From NCBI GenBank assembly GCA_027013165.1, contig JALUXV010000217.1, forward strand, positions 1,845-65,844: 64,000 nucleotides of DNA, written 5' to 3'. Of this stretch, positions 11,683-22,217 are shown in pieces. The translations under genes were made by a program, and so were the position numbers. Each line of letters starts with the position of its first letter. Position 1 is the first letter of the stretch. The stretch comes from Alteromonadaceae bacterium (GTDB lineage Bacteria; Pseudomonadota; Gammaproteobacteria; Enterobacterales; Alteromonadaceae). The notes under the pieces are model-generated. The model was not told where the DNA came from, did not search any database, and saw nothing but the letters and a program-made list of their open reading frames with translations.

Positions 11683-12240
11683 ATGTCTGCACTTGTTTCT
11701 ACCCTGTATACTGAGTTACCCATAGACCTCATTAATAAACTAAAAAAAGTGAAACTGTTAGTGTGCGATGTCGACGGTGTATTCTCCGACGGGCGCATTT
11801 ACTTAGGCAACGACGGAGAAGAGCTTAAAGCCTTCCACACTCGTGATGGCTATGGTGTAAAGGCACTAGTTAACGCTGGTATTAGCGTAGCAGTTATTAC
11901 TGGAAGACGTTCAGCAATTGTCGAAAATCGCATGAAAGCGCTGAATGTAGCGCATATCATTCAAGGTGAAGAACATAAATCAGCCGCTCTAGAATCATTG
12001 ATGAAGGAACTAGATCTGTCAGCGGCAGAAGTTGCTGCGGTTGGCGATGATATGCCAGACACAGGTATGTTCCAAAAAGTAGATGTAAAAATTGCCGTGA
12101 AAGACGCTCACCCGCAAGTGTCACAACAAGCGAATTGGATAACCACCCTCCCCGGCGGTTTTGGCGCCGTTAGAGAAATTGCAGACACCCTTCTTCAGGT
12201 CCACAACAAGCTAGACGGTATTCATGGAGCTAGTATATGA
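11683..12240 (+). CDS. kdsC: KDO 8-phosphate phosphatase
   Basis: HAD motif CDVDGVFSDG, VGDDMPD, GGFGAVRE. Confidence 0.96.
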   Translation: MSALVSTLYTELPIDLINKLKKVKLLVCDVDGVFSDGRIYLGNDGEELKAFHTRDGYGVKALVNAGISVAVITGRRSAIVENRMKALNVAHIIQGEEHKSAALESLMKELDLSAAEVAAVGDDMPDTGMFQKVDVKIAVKDAHPQVSQQANWITTLPGGFGAVREIADTLLQVHNKLDGIHGASI

Positions 12241-12800
12241 ATCGTTTAGGCGTCAGTATTTCTGGGCTATTTAGCCTAGCGCTTCTCATGTATATTCCAA
12301 CTTTCATGGAGGAAGAACCAAGTGTGGCGCCATCTCAAGATTCATATGCCTTAAGTCCTAGTTACCGGGCCAAAAATATTACTACTACCCTTTATGACCA
12401 AGAGGGGCGAGTCAATCACGTGGTGTTTGCGAAAGAAATGGAACATTACGACCAATTGGGTTTTGTCTTATTCCAAGAGCCCAACTACACCCTTTACTCG
12501 CATACGACGCTAGCGCCGTGGCAAGTCACGGCTTCTGAAGGCACGGTTTACAATAATGAGCTGATTCAATTGGAAAATAATGTCATTATTGCGAACCAAA
12601 CCAGTGACGACTTTGTTCAAACCATTACAACAGCATTTTTAGAAATAAACCTGACAAGTAAGGCAATGACTTCGGATCAACCCGTGAAGATCATGGGTGA
12701 GCAGTTTGTCATTAACAGTAATGGATTTAATGCTAATTTACATACTCAACAATATGAGTTGATCGACCATGTACAAACGATTTATTCCCCTAGCAACTAG
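12237..12800 (+). CDS. lptC: LPS export protein LptC
   Basis: N-terminal TM, beta-jellyroll-like sequence (PWQVTASEG); between kdsC and lptA. Confidence 0.9.
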   Translation: MNRLGVSISGLFSLALLMYIPTFMEEEPSVAPSQDSYALSPSYRAKNITTTLYDQEGRVNHVVFAKEMEHYDQLGFVLFQEPNYTLYSHTTLAPWQVTASEGTVYNNELIQLENNVIIANQTSDDFVQTITTAFLEINLTSKAMTSDQPVKIMGEQFVINSNGFNANLHTQQYELIDHVQTIYSPSN

Positions 12801-13344
12801 TTTACTGTTGGGGTTAACGAGCCTACATTCACAGGGCGCAGATGACGATTTTGCATTACCTATTCAAGTAGATGCAAAATCACAATTCGTCGACGGTAAA
12901 AATAAAACTTCACTATTCCGTGATGACGTACTCATCGTTCAGGGCTCGTTAAAAATAACTGCTGACGAAGTTGAAGTAATCGCATCTGATGGAGAAGGTA
13001 GAGAAATTTTTGTCGCACGAGGGACGCCAGCGAGTTATTCACAGACCCTTGAAGACGGAAACCCAGTATTTGCGCGAGCCAACGAAATTCGCTATGAAGT
13101 TGCTGCACGGACTATATCGCTAACCGGTAACGCTGAGTTACAACAAGATACTAGCATGGTGAAAGGCGACGTTATCATCTACGATATGACGACAGAGCAA
13201 CTCCTTGCCACCAGTAATGCTGATAACGAAGAAAGCAGTGGCCGAGTAACTACAGTCTTTACACCACAAGCCATCAGAGATTTGACCCAAGACGATGATC
13301 AAGAAACAGATGAAGACGATGGGTCAGAGGATAACAAGGAATAA
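12769..13344 (+). CDS. lptA: LPS transport periplasmic protein LptA
   Basis: Signal peptide, [24 protein letters not shown]; acidic C-terminal tail. Confidence 0.92.
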   Translation: MYKRFIPLATSLLLGLTSLHSQGADDDFALPIQVDAKSQFVDGKNKTSLFRDDVLIVQGSLKITADEVEVIASDGEGREIFVARGTPASYSQTLEDGNPVFARANEIRYEVAARTISLTGNAELQQDTSMVKGDVIIYDMTTEQLLATSNADNEESSGRVTTVFTPQAIRDLTQDDDQETDEDDGSEDNKE

Positions 13345-14069
13345 TGGCAACACTTAGTGCGCAGCATCTTGCAAAATCCTATAAATCTAGACAGGTTGTT
13401 TTAGACGTAAGCCTTTGTGTGTCTACTGGGCAAATAGTTGGTTTGCTTGGGCCTAATGGCGCAGGTAAAACAACCACATTTTACATGATAGTGGGCTTAG
13501 TACCTCTCGATAAGGGCAAAATTCATATCGACGACAACGAGCTTACCCATCAACCTATGCATGAGAGAGCTCGTAGAGGAATTGGATACCTCCCTCAAGA
13601 AGCTTCTATTTTTAGAAAATTGACTGTTTACGACAATATCATGGCGATATTGCAAACTCGTAATGGTCTTACCAGCGACCAAAGGGAACAAGAGGCTGAC
13701 GCCCTACTTGACGAATTTAATATTAACCATATACGTAATAGTACGGGTATGAGTCTGTCAGGCGGTGAACGTCGCAGAGTTGAGATTGCCAGGGCGCTAG
13801 CCGCTAATCCTCAATTTATTTTGCTCGATGAGCCCTTTGCTGGTGTTGACCCAATTTCGGTAAATGATATAAAGAAGATCATTCAACATCTTCGTGACAG
13901 AGGAATCGGAATCCTCATCACAGACCACAATGTTAGAGAAACCCTCGATGTTTGTGAAAAAGCCTATATTGTGAGTCGCGGTGAACTTATTGCCCAAGGA
14001 ACGGCTGAAGAAGTTTTAAGTAATCAAAAAGTCAGAGATGTATACCTAGGGGAGCAATTCAGGCTATAG
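13344..14069 (+). CDS. lptB: LPS export ABC ATPase LptB
   Basis: [31 protein letters not shown]. Confidence 0.98.
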   Translation: MATLSAQHLAKSYKSRQVVLDVSLCVSTGQIVGLLGPNGAGKTTTFYMIVGLVPLDKGKIHIDDNELTHQPMHERARRGIGYLPQEASIFRKLTVYDNIMAILQTRNGLTSDQREQEADALLDEFNINHIRNSTGMSLSGGERRRVEIARALAANPQFILLDEPFAGVDPISVNDIKKIIQHLRDRGIGILITDHNVRETLDVCEKAYIVSRGELIAQGTAEEVLSNQKVRDVYLGEQFRL

Positions 14070-14144
14070 TTAGTGTAACTGAATTGTCATTTAAGCATTA
14101 TCGCGTTTGGCGCATTTACAATAGAACACAGTAATAAGACGTAG

Positions 14145-15626
14145 ATGAAACCATCTTTACAACTAAAGTTCAGTCAGCAACTCACTATGACGCCACAGCT
14201 GCAACAAGCTATCAAGCTTTTGCAGTTGTCTACGCTCGATCTGCAACAAGAAATTCAAGAAGCCTTAGACTCAAACCCACTATTGGAGATTGAAGAGGGC
14301 CTAGATTTAGACACACCTGAAAAGTCCAATTTAGAGCGCCAAGAATCAGAAGAAACACCATCTGCAACGGCAAGCGACAGTATCGAAGCCGGCGATGCCC
14401 TCGAAAAAAACGATTTACCTGACGAGTTACCCATAGACAGTACTTGGGATGAATATTACTCAGCATCCTCTGCGCCTGCGCCAGGTCCGTCTAGTAGTGA
14501 AGACGACCAAGTGTTTCAAGGTGAAACCACAGAAGACATTCAGGGTCATTTGTTGTGGCAAATGCGTTTAACGCCTTTTTCTGACACTGACAGAGCCATT
14601 GCCACGGCGATAATTGACTCTATCGATGAATCGGGTTACCTCACCGTTCCACTGGAAGACATTTTGGAAGCGGTAAATTCAGAGGATATGGAAGAGCCCA
14701 TCGAAATGGACGAAGTGGAATGCGTATTAAAACGTATTCAATTATTCGATCCTATAGGTTCTGGTTCACGGTCACCTGAAGAATGTTTACTGGTGCAGCT
14801 ACGTCAGTTTGCTGATGACACTCCATGGCTTGCAGAAGCTAAGCTATTACTCGAAAGTTATTCGGAACTTTTAAGTAGTAAAGATTATCGTACGCTTATG
14901 AGAAAGAGTCGTTTGAAGGAAGACCAATTACGCGAAGCCATGCGTCTTCTTCAAACATTAAATCCTCGTCCAGGCAGCGCTTTAATTACTAAAGAGCCTG
15001 AATACGTAATACCTGACGTATCCGTAACCAAAAAGAATGGGCGATGGTTAGTCGAGTTAAATCCAGACAGCTTACCGAAGTTGTCAGTAAATCAGCAGTA
15101 TGCAGCGATGAGTCGTGGAGCGCGTAATAGTAGCGACTCTCAATTCATTCGCTCACACATGCAAGAGGCAAAATGGTTTATCAAAAGCTTGGAGTCTCGA
15201 AATGATACCCTGATGAAGGTTGCAAACTGCATCGTTCAACAACAAATGGGCTTTTTCGAACACGGGCCAGAAATGATGAAACCTATGGTACTGAATGATG
15301 TCGCCGAAATGGTCGACATGCATGAGTCCACTATTTCTCGCGTAACAACGCAGAAATATATGCATACCCCTCGGGGTATTTTCGAGTTGAAGTACTTCTT
15401 CTCAAGTCACGTCGCCACTGAATCTGGTGGTGAGTGTTCTTCAACTGCGATCCGCGCATTGATTAAAAAGCTTGTTGCGGCGGAAAAGCCAAGCAAGCCA
15501 TTAAGTGATAGTAAGATTGCTCAGTTGTTGGCCGACCAAGGTATTAAAGTGGCTCGGCGAACAATAGCAAAGTACCGGGAATCTTTGTCGATTCCACCGT
15601 CGAACCAACGCAAAAGCCTTATTTAA
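14145..15626 (+). CDS. rpoN: RNA polymerase sigma-54 factor
   Basis: Gln-rich region I ([13 protein letters not shown]), HESTISR HTH, RpoN box ARRTIAKYR. Confidence 0.98.
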   Translation: MKPSLQLKFSQQLTMTPQLQQAIKLLQLSTLDLQQEIQEALDSNPLLEIEEGLDLDTPEKSNLERQESEETPSATASDSIEAGDALEKNDLPDELPIDSTWDEYYSASSAPAPGPSSSEDDQVFQGETTEDIQGHLLWQMRLTPFSDTDRAIATAIIDSIDESGYLTVPLEDILEAVNSEDMEEPIEMDEVECVLKRIQLFDPIGSGSRSPEECLLVQLRQFADDTPWLAEAKLLLESYSELLSSKDYRTLMRKSRLKEDQLREAMRLLQTLNPRPGSALITKEPEYVIPDVSVTKKNGRWLVELNPDSLPKLSVNQQYAAMSRGARNSSDSQFIRSHMQEAKWFIKSLESRNDTLMKVANCIVQQQMGFFEHGPEMMKPMVLNDVAEMVDMHESTISRVTTQKYMHTPRGIFELKYFFSSHVATESGGECSSTAIRALIKKLVAAEKPSKPLSDSKIAQLLADQGIKVARRTIAKYRESLSIPPSNQRKSLI

Positions 15627-15655
15627 CAGGCTTGAATTTATAAGGAAGACGAAAT

Positions 15656-15943
15656 ATGCAAATAAACCTTACTGGTCATCATGTAGAAATTACAGACTCT
15701 TTGCGTAACTATGTCGATACAAAATTCAGCAAACTCGAACGTCACTTTGATCACATTTCTAATGTGCATGTCATCCTGAACGTAGAAAAACTTAATCAAA
15801 AAGCGGAAGCTACTGTTCATTTGAGCGGTGCTGAAGTCTTCGCGTCTTCTCAAGATGCTGATATGTATGCTGCGATTGACAGTATGGTCGACAAACTCGA
15901 CCGGCAAGTCATCAAGCATAAGGAAAAACTCAAAAAACACTAA
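15656..15943 (+). CDS. hpf: Ribosome hibernation promoting factor
   Basis: MQINLTGHHVEITDSLR, DMYAAID, KLDRQVIKHKEK. Confidence 0.97.
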   Translation: MQINLTGHHVEITDSLRNYVDTKFSKLERHFDHISNVHVILNVEKLNQKAEATVHLSGAEVFASSQDADMYAAIDSMVDKLDRQVIKHKEKLKKH

Positions 15944-15950
15944 GTCATCC

Positions 15951-16397
15951 ATGGATATTAAAGCCATAGTAAGTTTGAACCGCACAGTCTGTGCGGTTCA
16001 ATGTAATAGTAAAAAGAGAATTCTAGAGATCATTAGCGACATCGCCGCTGGGCACAGTGACGCTATTGACCAAAGTGCAGTGTTAGAAAGTCTAGTCGCT
16101 AGAGAGCGTATGGGTAGTACAGGGATCGGAAACGGTATTGCACTGCCCCACGGAAGACTACCCGGTTTACAACAAGTAATTGCCATTGTGGTCACTACTA
16201 ACCCTGCGATTAATTTTGATGCCATTGACGACCAGCCAGTCGATATCTTTTTTGCCTTGCTTGTTCCTGAAGCGCAAACCGAAGGACACTTGCAAACCCT
16301 GGCTACAGTGGCAGGTAAGCTCAACGACAAAGACACGGTGAAAGCCATTCGAAAAGCAACCAGCGCTGACGATATCCTATCTGCGCTATACCAATAA
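15951..16397 (+). CDS. ptsN: PTS EIIA-Ntr
   Basis: RERMGSTGIGNGIALPHGR; start placed at ATG 15951 just after the hpf stop. Confidence 0.95.
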   Translation: MDIKAIVSLNRTVCAVQCNSKKRILEIISDIAAGHSDAIDQSAVLESLVARERMGSTGIGNGIALPHGRLPGLQQVIAIVVTTNPAINFDAIDDQPVDIFFALLVPEAQTEGHLQTLATVAGKLNDKDTVKAIRKATSADDILSALYQ

Positions 16398-16415
16398 GCA
16401 TAAGGGAGAAGACGG

Positions 16416-17261
16416 GTGAAACTGATTATTATCAGTGGTCGGTCAGGATCAGGAAAGTCAGTAGCACTGCGTGCTTTAGAAGACTTGGGATATTATTGTG
16501 TAGACAACATTCCCGTTAATCTGCTGCCAACGCTAACTCACACCGTGGTAGACGAGTACGATCAAGTAGCAGTAAGTATTGATGTACGAAACCTGCCTAA
16601 AGACCCTGCGGATCTGGTTGAAATACTCGATTATCTCCCTTCTTCTTGGTCAATGACTATTGTTTATATTGATGCCAGTGACGATGTATTGGTTAAACGC
16701 TTTAGTGAAACTCGCCGACTGCATCCCCTTGCTCGTGAAAATAAATCACTCTCTGAGGCCATTAAAGCAGAATCTGATTTACTGGCGCCCATCGTTGAAC
16801 GTTGTGATCTGTACTTAGATACCGACAAACTCACCATACATCAGCTCGCTGAACTCATCCGCGAGCGCATTTTGGGCAAAAAAAGCTCCCGCTTGGTATT
16901 GGTGTTTGAATCATTTGGTTTTAAATACGGTATTCCTAAAGACGCTGATTATGTCTTTGATGCACGTTTTTTACCCAACCCACACTGGGAACCCGATTTG
17001 CGTCATTTAACCGGTTTAGATACCCCTTGTGAAGTCTTCCTCGGTGGTCAGCCAATAGTGGCCAAATACATTTGGCAAATTCAAAACTTAATTACTACTT
17101 GGCTTCCACATTTAGAGCGTAACAACAGAAGCTATGTGACTGTTGCTATTGGATGTACCGGCGGACAGCATCGTTCGGTATTTATAGCGCAAACACTGGC
17201 AAAAACATTTGGAGAATTACATCCAGATGTTCAAATTCGTCATCGCGAGTTAAATCAATGA
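16416..17261 (+). CDS. rapZ: RNase adapter RapZ
   Basis: SGRSGSGKS, ETRRLHPL, FLPNPHW, GCTGGQHRSV. Confidence 0.97.
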   Translation: MKLIIISGRSGSGKSVALRALEDLGYYCVDNIPVNLLPTLTHTVVDEYDQVAVSIDVRNLPKDPADLVEILDYLPSSWSMTIVYIDASDDVLVKRFSETRRLHPLARENKSLSEAIKAESDLLAPIVERCDLYLDTDKLTIHQLAELIRERILGKKSSRLVLVFESFGFKYGIPKDADYVFDARFLPNPHWEPDLRHLTGLDTPCEVFLGGQPIVAKYIWQIQNLITTWLPHLERNNRSYVTVAIGCTGGQHRSVFIAQTLAKTFGELHPDVQIRHRELNQ

Positions 17262-17530
17262 AGATTAGAAAAACGCTTACGATAGTGAACAAGCTTGGCC
17301 TTCACGCTAGAGCAGCTACTCAGTTAGTTCAACTAGCAAATAAGTTTGATGCCAACATCCTTCTGCTAAAAGGTGATAAGCAAGCCAACGCTAATAGCGT
17401 GTTAGGTTTAATGATGTTAGAAAGTCATCAAGGTGAGCAAGTGGATGTAGAAGTCGATGGACCCGATGCAGAACAAGCCATCGATGCCATTGAAGCGCTC
17501 ATCGAAGGTAAGTTCAACGAAGAAGAATAA
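17258..17530 (+). CDS. npr: Phosphocarrier NPr (HPr family)
   Basis: NKLGLHARAA phospho-His motif; ATGA overlap with the rapZ stop. Confidence 0.94.
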   Translation: MKIRKTLTIVNKLGLHARAATQLVQLANKFDANILLLKGDKQANANSVLGLMMLESHQGEQVDVEVDGPDAEQAIDAIEALIEGKFNEEE

Positions 17531-17642
17531 ACTTACTTCACTGCAATAAAGCCAGTTTTTCATGCGTTTAGCCATGACAGCCTCTAGGTAAATACGCTAT
17601 CCTACAGCTGCATTCAACTTCCTTTTAAGTAAGTAGGTTCTC

Positions 17643-19001
17643 GTGGCAGAAGCCCTCGCTTTCAAATACGCACAACGCCAACTCAATACATTGAACGATG
17701 CCCTCAACAATGGGCAATTTGTTTCTGCGCGAAAGCTATTACTCGAACTCCCCCCATCGGACGTTGCACATATCTTAGAATCTAGCCCTGCGCGAACTCG
17801 TGACGACCTATGGGCACTAATAGATGCAGATTTTCACAGTGATATTTTAGAAGAACTGTCTGATGACGTGCGTAACGGTATTATTGCCAAGATGCTTCCT
17901 GCCAAGGTGGTTGACGCCTTGGAAGAAATGGATACCGATGATCTTGCAGAAACATTAAGCAGCCTTCCTGAACCTGTTCTACAGGATATTCTTGAGTCAA
18001 TGGACGCTCAGGACAGACACCGCGCCGAGCAAGCCCTTTCCTTTGGGGAAGATACCGCTGGGTTCATTATGAACACAGACACCATTACCTTGCGCCCTGA
18101 TGTAAGTATTGACGTAGTTTTACGTTATCTGAGGTTGAAAGGTGAACTGCCGGAAAACACTGATACATTTTACGTGGTTAATCGCACTGATAATTTAGTG
18201 GGCATTGTTCAAGTATCTCGACTTCTTACATCAGATCCCGAGTCTTCTGTGGCTGACGTAATGGACGAAGAGTCAGAAGCGATCCCAGTGACCATGAACA
18301 ACACAGAAGTCGCTAGCCTTTTCGAGCGCTACAACTGGCTATCCGCTCCCGTAGTTGACGAAAATCATCGATTACTTGGTCGTATCACTATCGACGACGT
18401 GGTAGATATTATTCGCGAAGGCGCCGAACACTCCATGATGAGTATGGCTGGCTTGGAAGACGATGAAGATACCTTTGCACCAGTACTTCAAAGTACTAAA
18501 AGACGTTCGGTATGGCTTGCTGTAAACCTAGTAACAGCCCTCATGGCTGCTATGGTTAGCGACCTTTTTGAAGCCACGCTAAGTCAGCTTGCCGTGCTTG
18601 CTATCCTCAACACTATTGTGCCAAGCATGGGTGGGGTAGCTGGTAACCAAACTCTGACTCTCGTTATCCGAGGCATGGCACTAGGACACGTCAACGCTAG
18701 TAACTCTCGTTGGCTAATCAGCAAAGAGCTATCCATTGGCTTTCTCAATGGTGCAATTTGGGCAGTACTCATTGCTTCGGTAATTGCGCTATGGAAACAA
18801 GACTATATGCTGGGGGTGATTATTGCCTTTGCAATGATGGTAAATCTTATCGCGGCAGCGTTAGCGGGTGCGACACTACCTATTATCATGAAACGTCTTA
18901 AAATTGACCCAGCTCTCGCAGGAAGCGTCATCCTAACTACAATTACAGACGTAGTAGGAATATTCGCATTCTTAGGTACAGCAACTCTCTTCTTAGTCTG
19001 A
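17643..19001 (+). CDS. mgtE: Magnesium transporter MgtE
   Basis: MgtE N-domain, CBS pair (GRITIDDVVD), SMGGVAGNQT, IDPALAG, TTITDVVG. Confidence 0.96.
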   Translation: MAEALAFKYAQRQLNTLNDALNNGQFVSARKLLLELPPSDVAHILESSPARTRDDLWALIDADFHSDILEELSDDVRNGIIAKMLPAKVVDALEEMDTDDLAETLSSLPEPVLQDILESMDAQDRHRAEQALSFGEDTAGFIMNTDTITLRPDVSIDVVLRYLRLKGELPENTDTFYVVNRTDNLVGIVQVSRLLTSDPESSVADVMDEESEAIPVTMNNTEVASLFERYNWLSAPVVDENHRLLGRITIDDVVDIIREGAEHSMMSMAGLEDDEDTFAPVLQSTKRRSVWLAVNLVTALMAAMVSDLFEATLSQLAVLAILNTIVPSMGGVAGNQTLTLVIRGMALGHVNASNSRWLISKELSIGFLNGAIWAVLIASVIALWKQDYMLGVIIAFAMMVNLIAAALAGATLPIIMKRLKIDPALAGSVILTTITDVVGIFAFLGTATLFLV

Positions 19002-19011
19002 TTCGAGTATT

Positions 19012-19043
19012 AAAAAAGCCGGTAGGTTTCCCTATCGGCTTTT
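19012..19043. terminator. Bidirectional terminator between mgtE and sspB
   Basis: AAAAAAGCCGGTAGG-TTTC-CCTATCGGCTTTT. Confidence 0.8.
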
Positions 19044-19061
19044 GAAACACATCACACTAAT

Positions 19062-19475
19062 TTACTTAATGACCTTTAACGAAGGTTTACCCCGTTTAGG
19101 CGGTGTTGGAGCTTCTTCAACAGGCGTTTTGGACGCTTCTGAACTCGTTTTTTCAAACTCTTCTTCAGTAGCAAACACAGTTCCTGCGCCATTTTCTCGT
19201 GCATAAATAGCCATAACAGCATCACAAGGCATGCTCAACCGTCTAGGTTGACCACCGAATCGCGCTTGAAAGGAAATACCTTCAATATCCAACATAAAGT
19301 TAACGCATGCGCCAGGAGAAATGTTAAGTACGATTTGACCGTCTTTAACAAACTCTTGGGGTACTTCAACGTTTGGACTCAACGCATTAACTACAATATA
19401 AGGTGTTAAATCGTTATCTACGATCCACTCGTAAAATGCGCGGAGCAAGTAAGGCTGATTTGACGTCATACCCAT
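19062..19475 (-). CDS. sspB: ClpXP adaptor SspB
   Basis: PYLLRAFYEWIVDN, FQARFGG, AIYARENG, C-terminal LKVIK ClpX-binding tail. Confidence 0.96.
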   Translation of the reverse strand: MGMTSNQPYLLRAFYEWIVDNDLTPYIVVNALSPNVEVPQEFVKDGQIVLNISPGACVNFMLDIEGISFQARFGGQPRRLSMPCDAVMAIYARENGAGTVFATEEEFEKTSSEASKTPVEEAPTPPKRGKPSLKVIK

Positions 19476-20107
19476 TACAACGGATTGTGAATTTCGCGTT
19501 CTTGGTCGGTCAAAGACGCTTTAAATGAAGCTCGCGAGAAAATACGATTCATATACGCATTGATTTCTTTGCTGCCAGCGCCATTCAATTCAATACCTAG
19601 TGCTGGTAAACGCCATAATAGCGGTGCTAGATAGCAGTCAACTAAGCTAAACTCTTCACTCATGAAATAGGGCATTTCACCAAACACTGGTGCTAGCGCC
19701 AATAGTGCTTCGCGTAGTTCGTTGCGTGCAGCATCTACATCGCCTTCACCACGGAAAATACGCGCCGCTAGTGAATACCAATCTTGCTCTATACGGTGCA
19801 TCATCAAACGGCTTTGACCGCGAGATACTGGGTATACAGGCATAAGTGGAGGATGAGGGAAACGCTCATCAAGATATTCCATGATAATGTGCGAGGTATA
19901 TAGCACTAATTCACGGTCGACCAGAGTAGGAACCGTACCGTAAGGGTTTAAATCAAGCAGATCTTCAGGCAGGTTGCTGGGATCTGTGTAGCTGATTTCA
20001 ACACCTACACCTTTTTCAGCCAACACAATACGTACCTGATGGCTATAAATATCAATTGTGTCAGAGAACAACGCCATGATTGAACGTTTATTCGCGGCTA
20101 CGGCCAT
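19475..20107 (-). CDS. sspA: Stringent starvation protein A
   Basis: MAVAANKRS, NPYGTVPTLVDR, LDERFPHPPLMP (GST-like fold). Confidence 0.97.
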   Translation of the reverse strand: MAVAANKRSIMALFSDTIDIYSHQVRIVLAEKGVGVEISYTDPSNLPEDLLDLNPYGTVPTLVDRELVLYTSHIIMEYLDERFPHPPLMPVYPVSRGQSRLMMHRIEQDWYSLAARIFRGEGDVDAARNELREALLALAPVFGEMPYFMSEEFSLVDCYLAPLLWRLPALGIELNGAGSKEINAYMNRIFSRASFKASLTDQEREIHNPL

Positions 20108-20168
20108 TCAATTTCCTCCGTCGAGAAATAACAAAAAACCCATATCACATGGGCAACTTACAAATACC

Positions 20169-20194
20169 AAAAAAGGGGGCGAGACGCCCCCTTT
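20169..20194 (-). terminator. Terminator after petC
   Basis: Plus strand AAAAAAGGGGGC-GAGAC-GCCCCCTTT; U tract on the minus strand. Confidence 0.75.
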
Positions 20195-20219
20195 GCTATT
20201 ATACATAAAACTTGATGTA

Positions 20220-20954
20220 TTAGTGTACTTCTCGCCAGTATTCTTTCTTCAATAAGTAAACAAAGATAAACAATACTAGGATAAAGGCTAACACCCACTT
20301 ACCAATCTTGTGTGATTCAAGCTTAGAAGGTTCACCTGTGTACTCAAGGAAGTTCACAATGTCTGCAACAGCTTGGTCATATTCAGCGGCATTCATAGAG
20401 CCACTGCCGTCAGCTTTCAAGCCAACGTATCGCTTAACCATCTCACCATCGATCATTGTTTCTTCATAAGTTTCAGAAGGAACACCTTGAAGTGACTGTA
20501 ACACGTGGGGCATACCCACCTCTGGGAATACCTTGTTATTTACGCCAAATGGACGACTGTCGTCAGCGTAAAACGAACGCAGATAGGTATAAATCCAATC
20601 TTCACCGCGAACACGAGCAACCAAGGTCAAATCTGGTGGTGCAGCACCAAACCAAGTTGCCGCAGCTTCTTCTGGCATAGCACGAGTGATGTAGTCAGAC
20701 ACTTTCTCACCTGTGAACTGTAAGTATTCCTGACCTAACTCGTCTGGAATGCCTAAGTCTTGGAAAGAGCGTTGATAGCGCTGGTACTGCATTGAGTGAC
20801 AACCCAAGCAATAGTTCATGAACAACTGGGCTCCGCGCTGCAAAGACGCTTTGTCTGTAAGGTCAATTGGTGCCTTATCAAGGTGAACGTTACCACCTGC
20901 CGCCATAGCAACGCCAGGCACGAAGAAGGCTAAGAAAAACATCAACTTTTTCAT
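20220..20954 (-). CDS. petC: Cytochrome c1
   Basis: Signal peptide, CLGCH heme motif, PPDLTL, C-terminal TM anchor. Confidence 0.96.
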   Translation of the reverse strand: MKKLMFFLAFFVPGVAMAAGGNVHLDKAPIDLTDKASLQRGAQLFMNYCLGCHSMQYQRYQRSFQDLGIPDELGQEYLQFTGEKVSDYITRAMPEEAAATWFGAAPPDLTLVARVRGEDWIYTYLRSFYADDSRPFGVNNKVFPEVGMPHVLQSLQGVPSETYEETMIDGEMVKRYVGLKADGSGSMNAAEYDQAVADIVNFLEYTGEPSKLESHKIGKWVLAFILVLFIFVYLLKKEYWREVH

Positions 20955-22216
20955 TTAGAGATCCTCGCTGGTACAGGCTTAGTGGCTTCGTTTTTGCTGT
21001 AAATAAATAGCGCGATGAAGAAACCGAAATACATTACAGTCGCAATTTGAGACGCAATAATTTTCCAGTTTTCTTGAGGTGTACCACCTAGGTAACCCAA
21101 GAATACAAACACGATAGCAAAAACAATTAAGTTTACTTTATGTAGGCCACAGCGATAACGCCAAGACTTAACTTTACCGCGGTCTAGCCAAGGTAAAGCA
21201 AACAAGGCGGCAATCGCACCAAACATGGCAATAACACCAAACAGTTTATCCGGTACCGCTTTCAAGATGGCATAGAAAGGCGTGAAGTACCAAACAGGGA
21301 AAATGTGCTCAGGCGTTTTCAGCGGGTTAGCAATTTCAAAGTTTGGATGCTCAAGGAACTTACCACCCATTTCAGGGGCAAAGAACAGAACATAAGTAAA
21401 CAAACCTAGGAAGATACAGAAGGCTACCAAGTCTTTTAGCACGATATGTGGGAAGAAAGGTAATACGTCGTCCGCGATGTCATACTTGCTTGTGTAATAC
21501 TCGTGGATCTTATAAGGCGTTTTTTCTGACTCAGGTAACGAACCTTTTTTATGTTTAATGGCAATGCCATCTGGGTTGTTTGAGCCCACTTCGTGAAGAG
21601 CAATAATATGTAAGAACACAAGAATAACGATAACTAAAGGTAACGCTATTACATGTAGTGCAAAGAAGCGGTTAAGGGTTGCACCAGAAATTACGTAGTC
21701 ACCTTGGATCCATTCAACTAGGTCTGGACCAATGACAGGAATTGCACCAAACAGAGATACGATAACCTGCGCGCCCCAGTAAGACATTTGTCCCCACGGT
21801 AATACATAGCCCATGAAAGCTTCGGCCATTAGCGCTAGGTAAATAAGCATACCGAACACCCAAAGAAGCTCACGTGGTTTTTGGTAAGAACCGTAAATCA
21901 TGCCACGGAACATGTGTAAGTAAACTACAACGAAGAACGCTGATGCACCTGTGCTGTGCATATAGCGAATGATCCAACCGTAGTCGATTTCACGCATGAT
22001 GTATTCAACAGACGCAAATGCACCTTCAGCGGTTGGTACAAAATTCATGGTTAGCCAGATACCAGTAACAATCTGGTTAACAAGTACGATAGTGGCCAAG
22101 AAACCAAATACGTACCAAAAGTTCATGTTTTTTGGTGCTGGGTATTGGATGGCGTGCATATTTGCAACGCGCATCATTGGAATACGCTCTTCAATCCAAG
22201 CTAAGAAACCATTCAT
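20951..22216 (-). CDS. petB: Cytochrome b
   Basis: RYMHSTGAS, GYVLPWGQMSYWGA, RFFALH, PVWY variant of PEWY. Confidence 0.97.
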   Translation of the reverse strand: MNGFLAWIEERIPMMRVANMHAIQYPAPKNMNFWYVFGFLATIVLVNQIVTGIWLTMNFVPTAEGAFASVEYIMREIDYGWIIRYMHSTGASAFFVVVYLHMFRGMIYGSYQKPRELLWVFGMLIYLALMAEAFMGYVLPWGQMSYWGAQVIVSLFGAIPVIGPDLVEWIQGDYVISGATLNRFFALHVIALPLVIVILVFLHIIALHEVGSNNPDGIAIKHKKGSLPESEKTPYKIHEYYTSKYDIADDVLPFFPHIVLKDLVAFCIFLGLFTYVLFFAPEMGGKFLEHPNFEIANPLKTPEHIFPVWYFTPFYAILKAVPDKLFGVIAMFGAIAALFALPWLDRGKVKSWRYRCGLHKVNLIVFAIVFVFLGYLGGTPQENWKIIASQIATVMYFGFFIALFIYSKNEATKPVPARISK

Positions 22217-22217
22217 A

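Noticed and set aside
21470-21570. Insertion in cytochrome b (KHKKGSLPESEKTPYKIHEYYTSKYD) and PVWY motif
   Set aside because: As I recall, similar insertions and PVWY are normal in related gammaproteobacterial cytochrome b.
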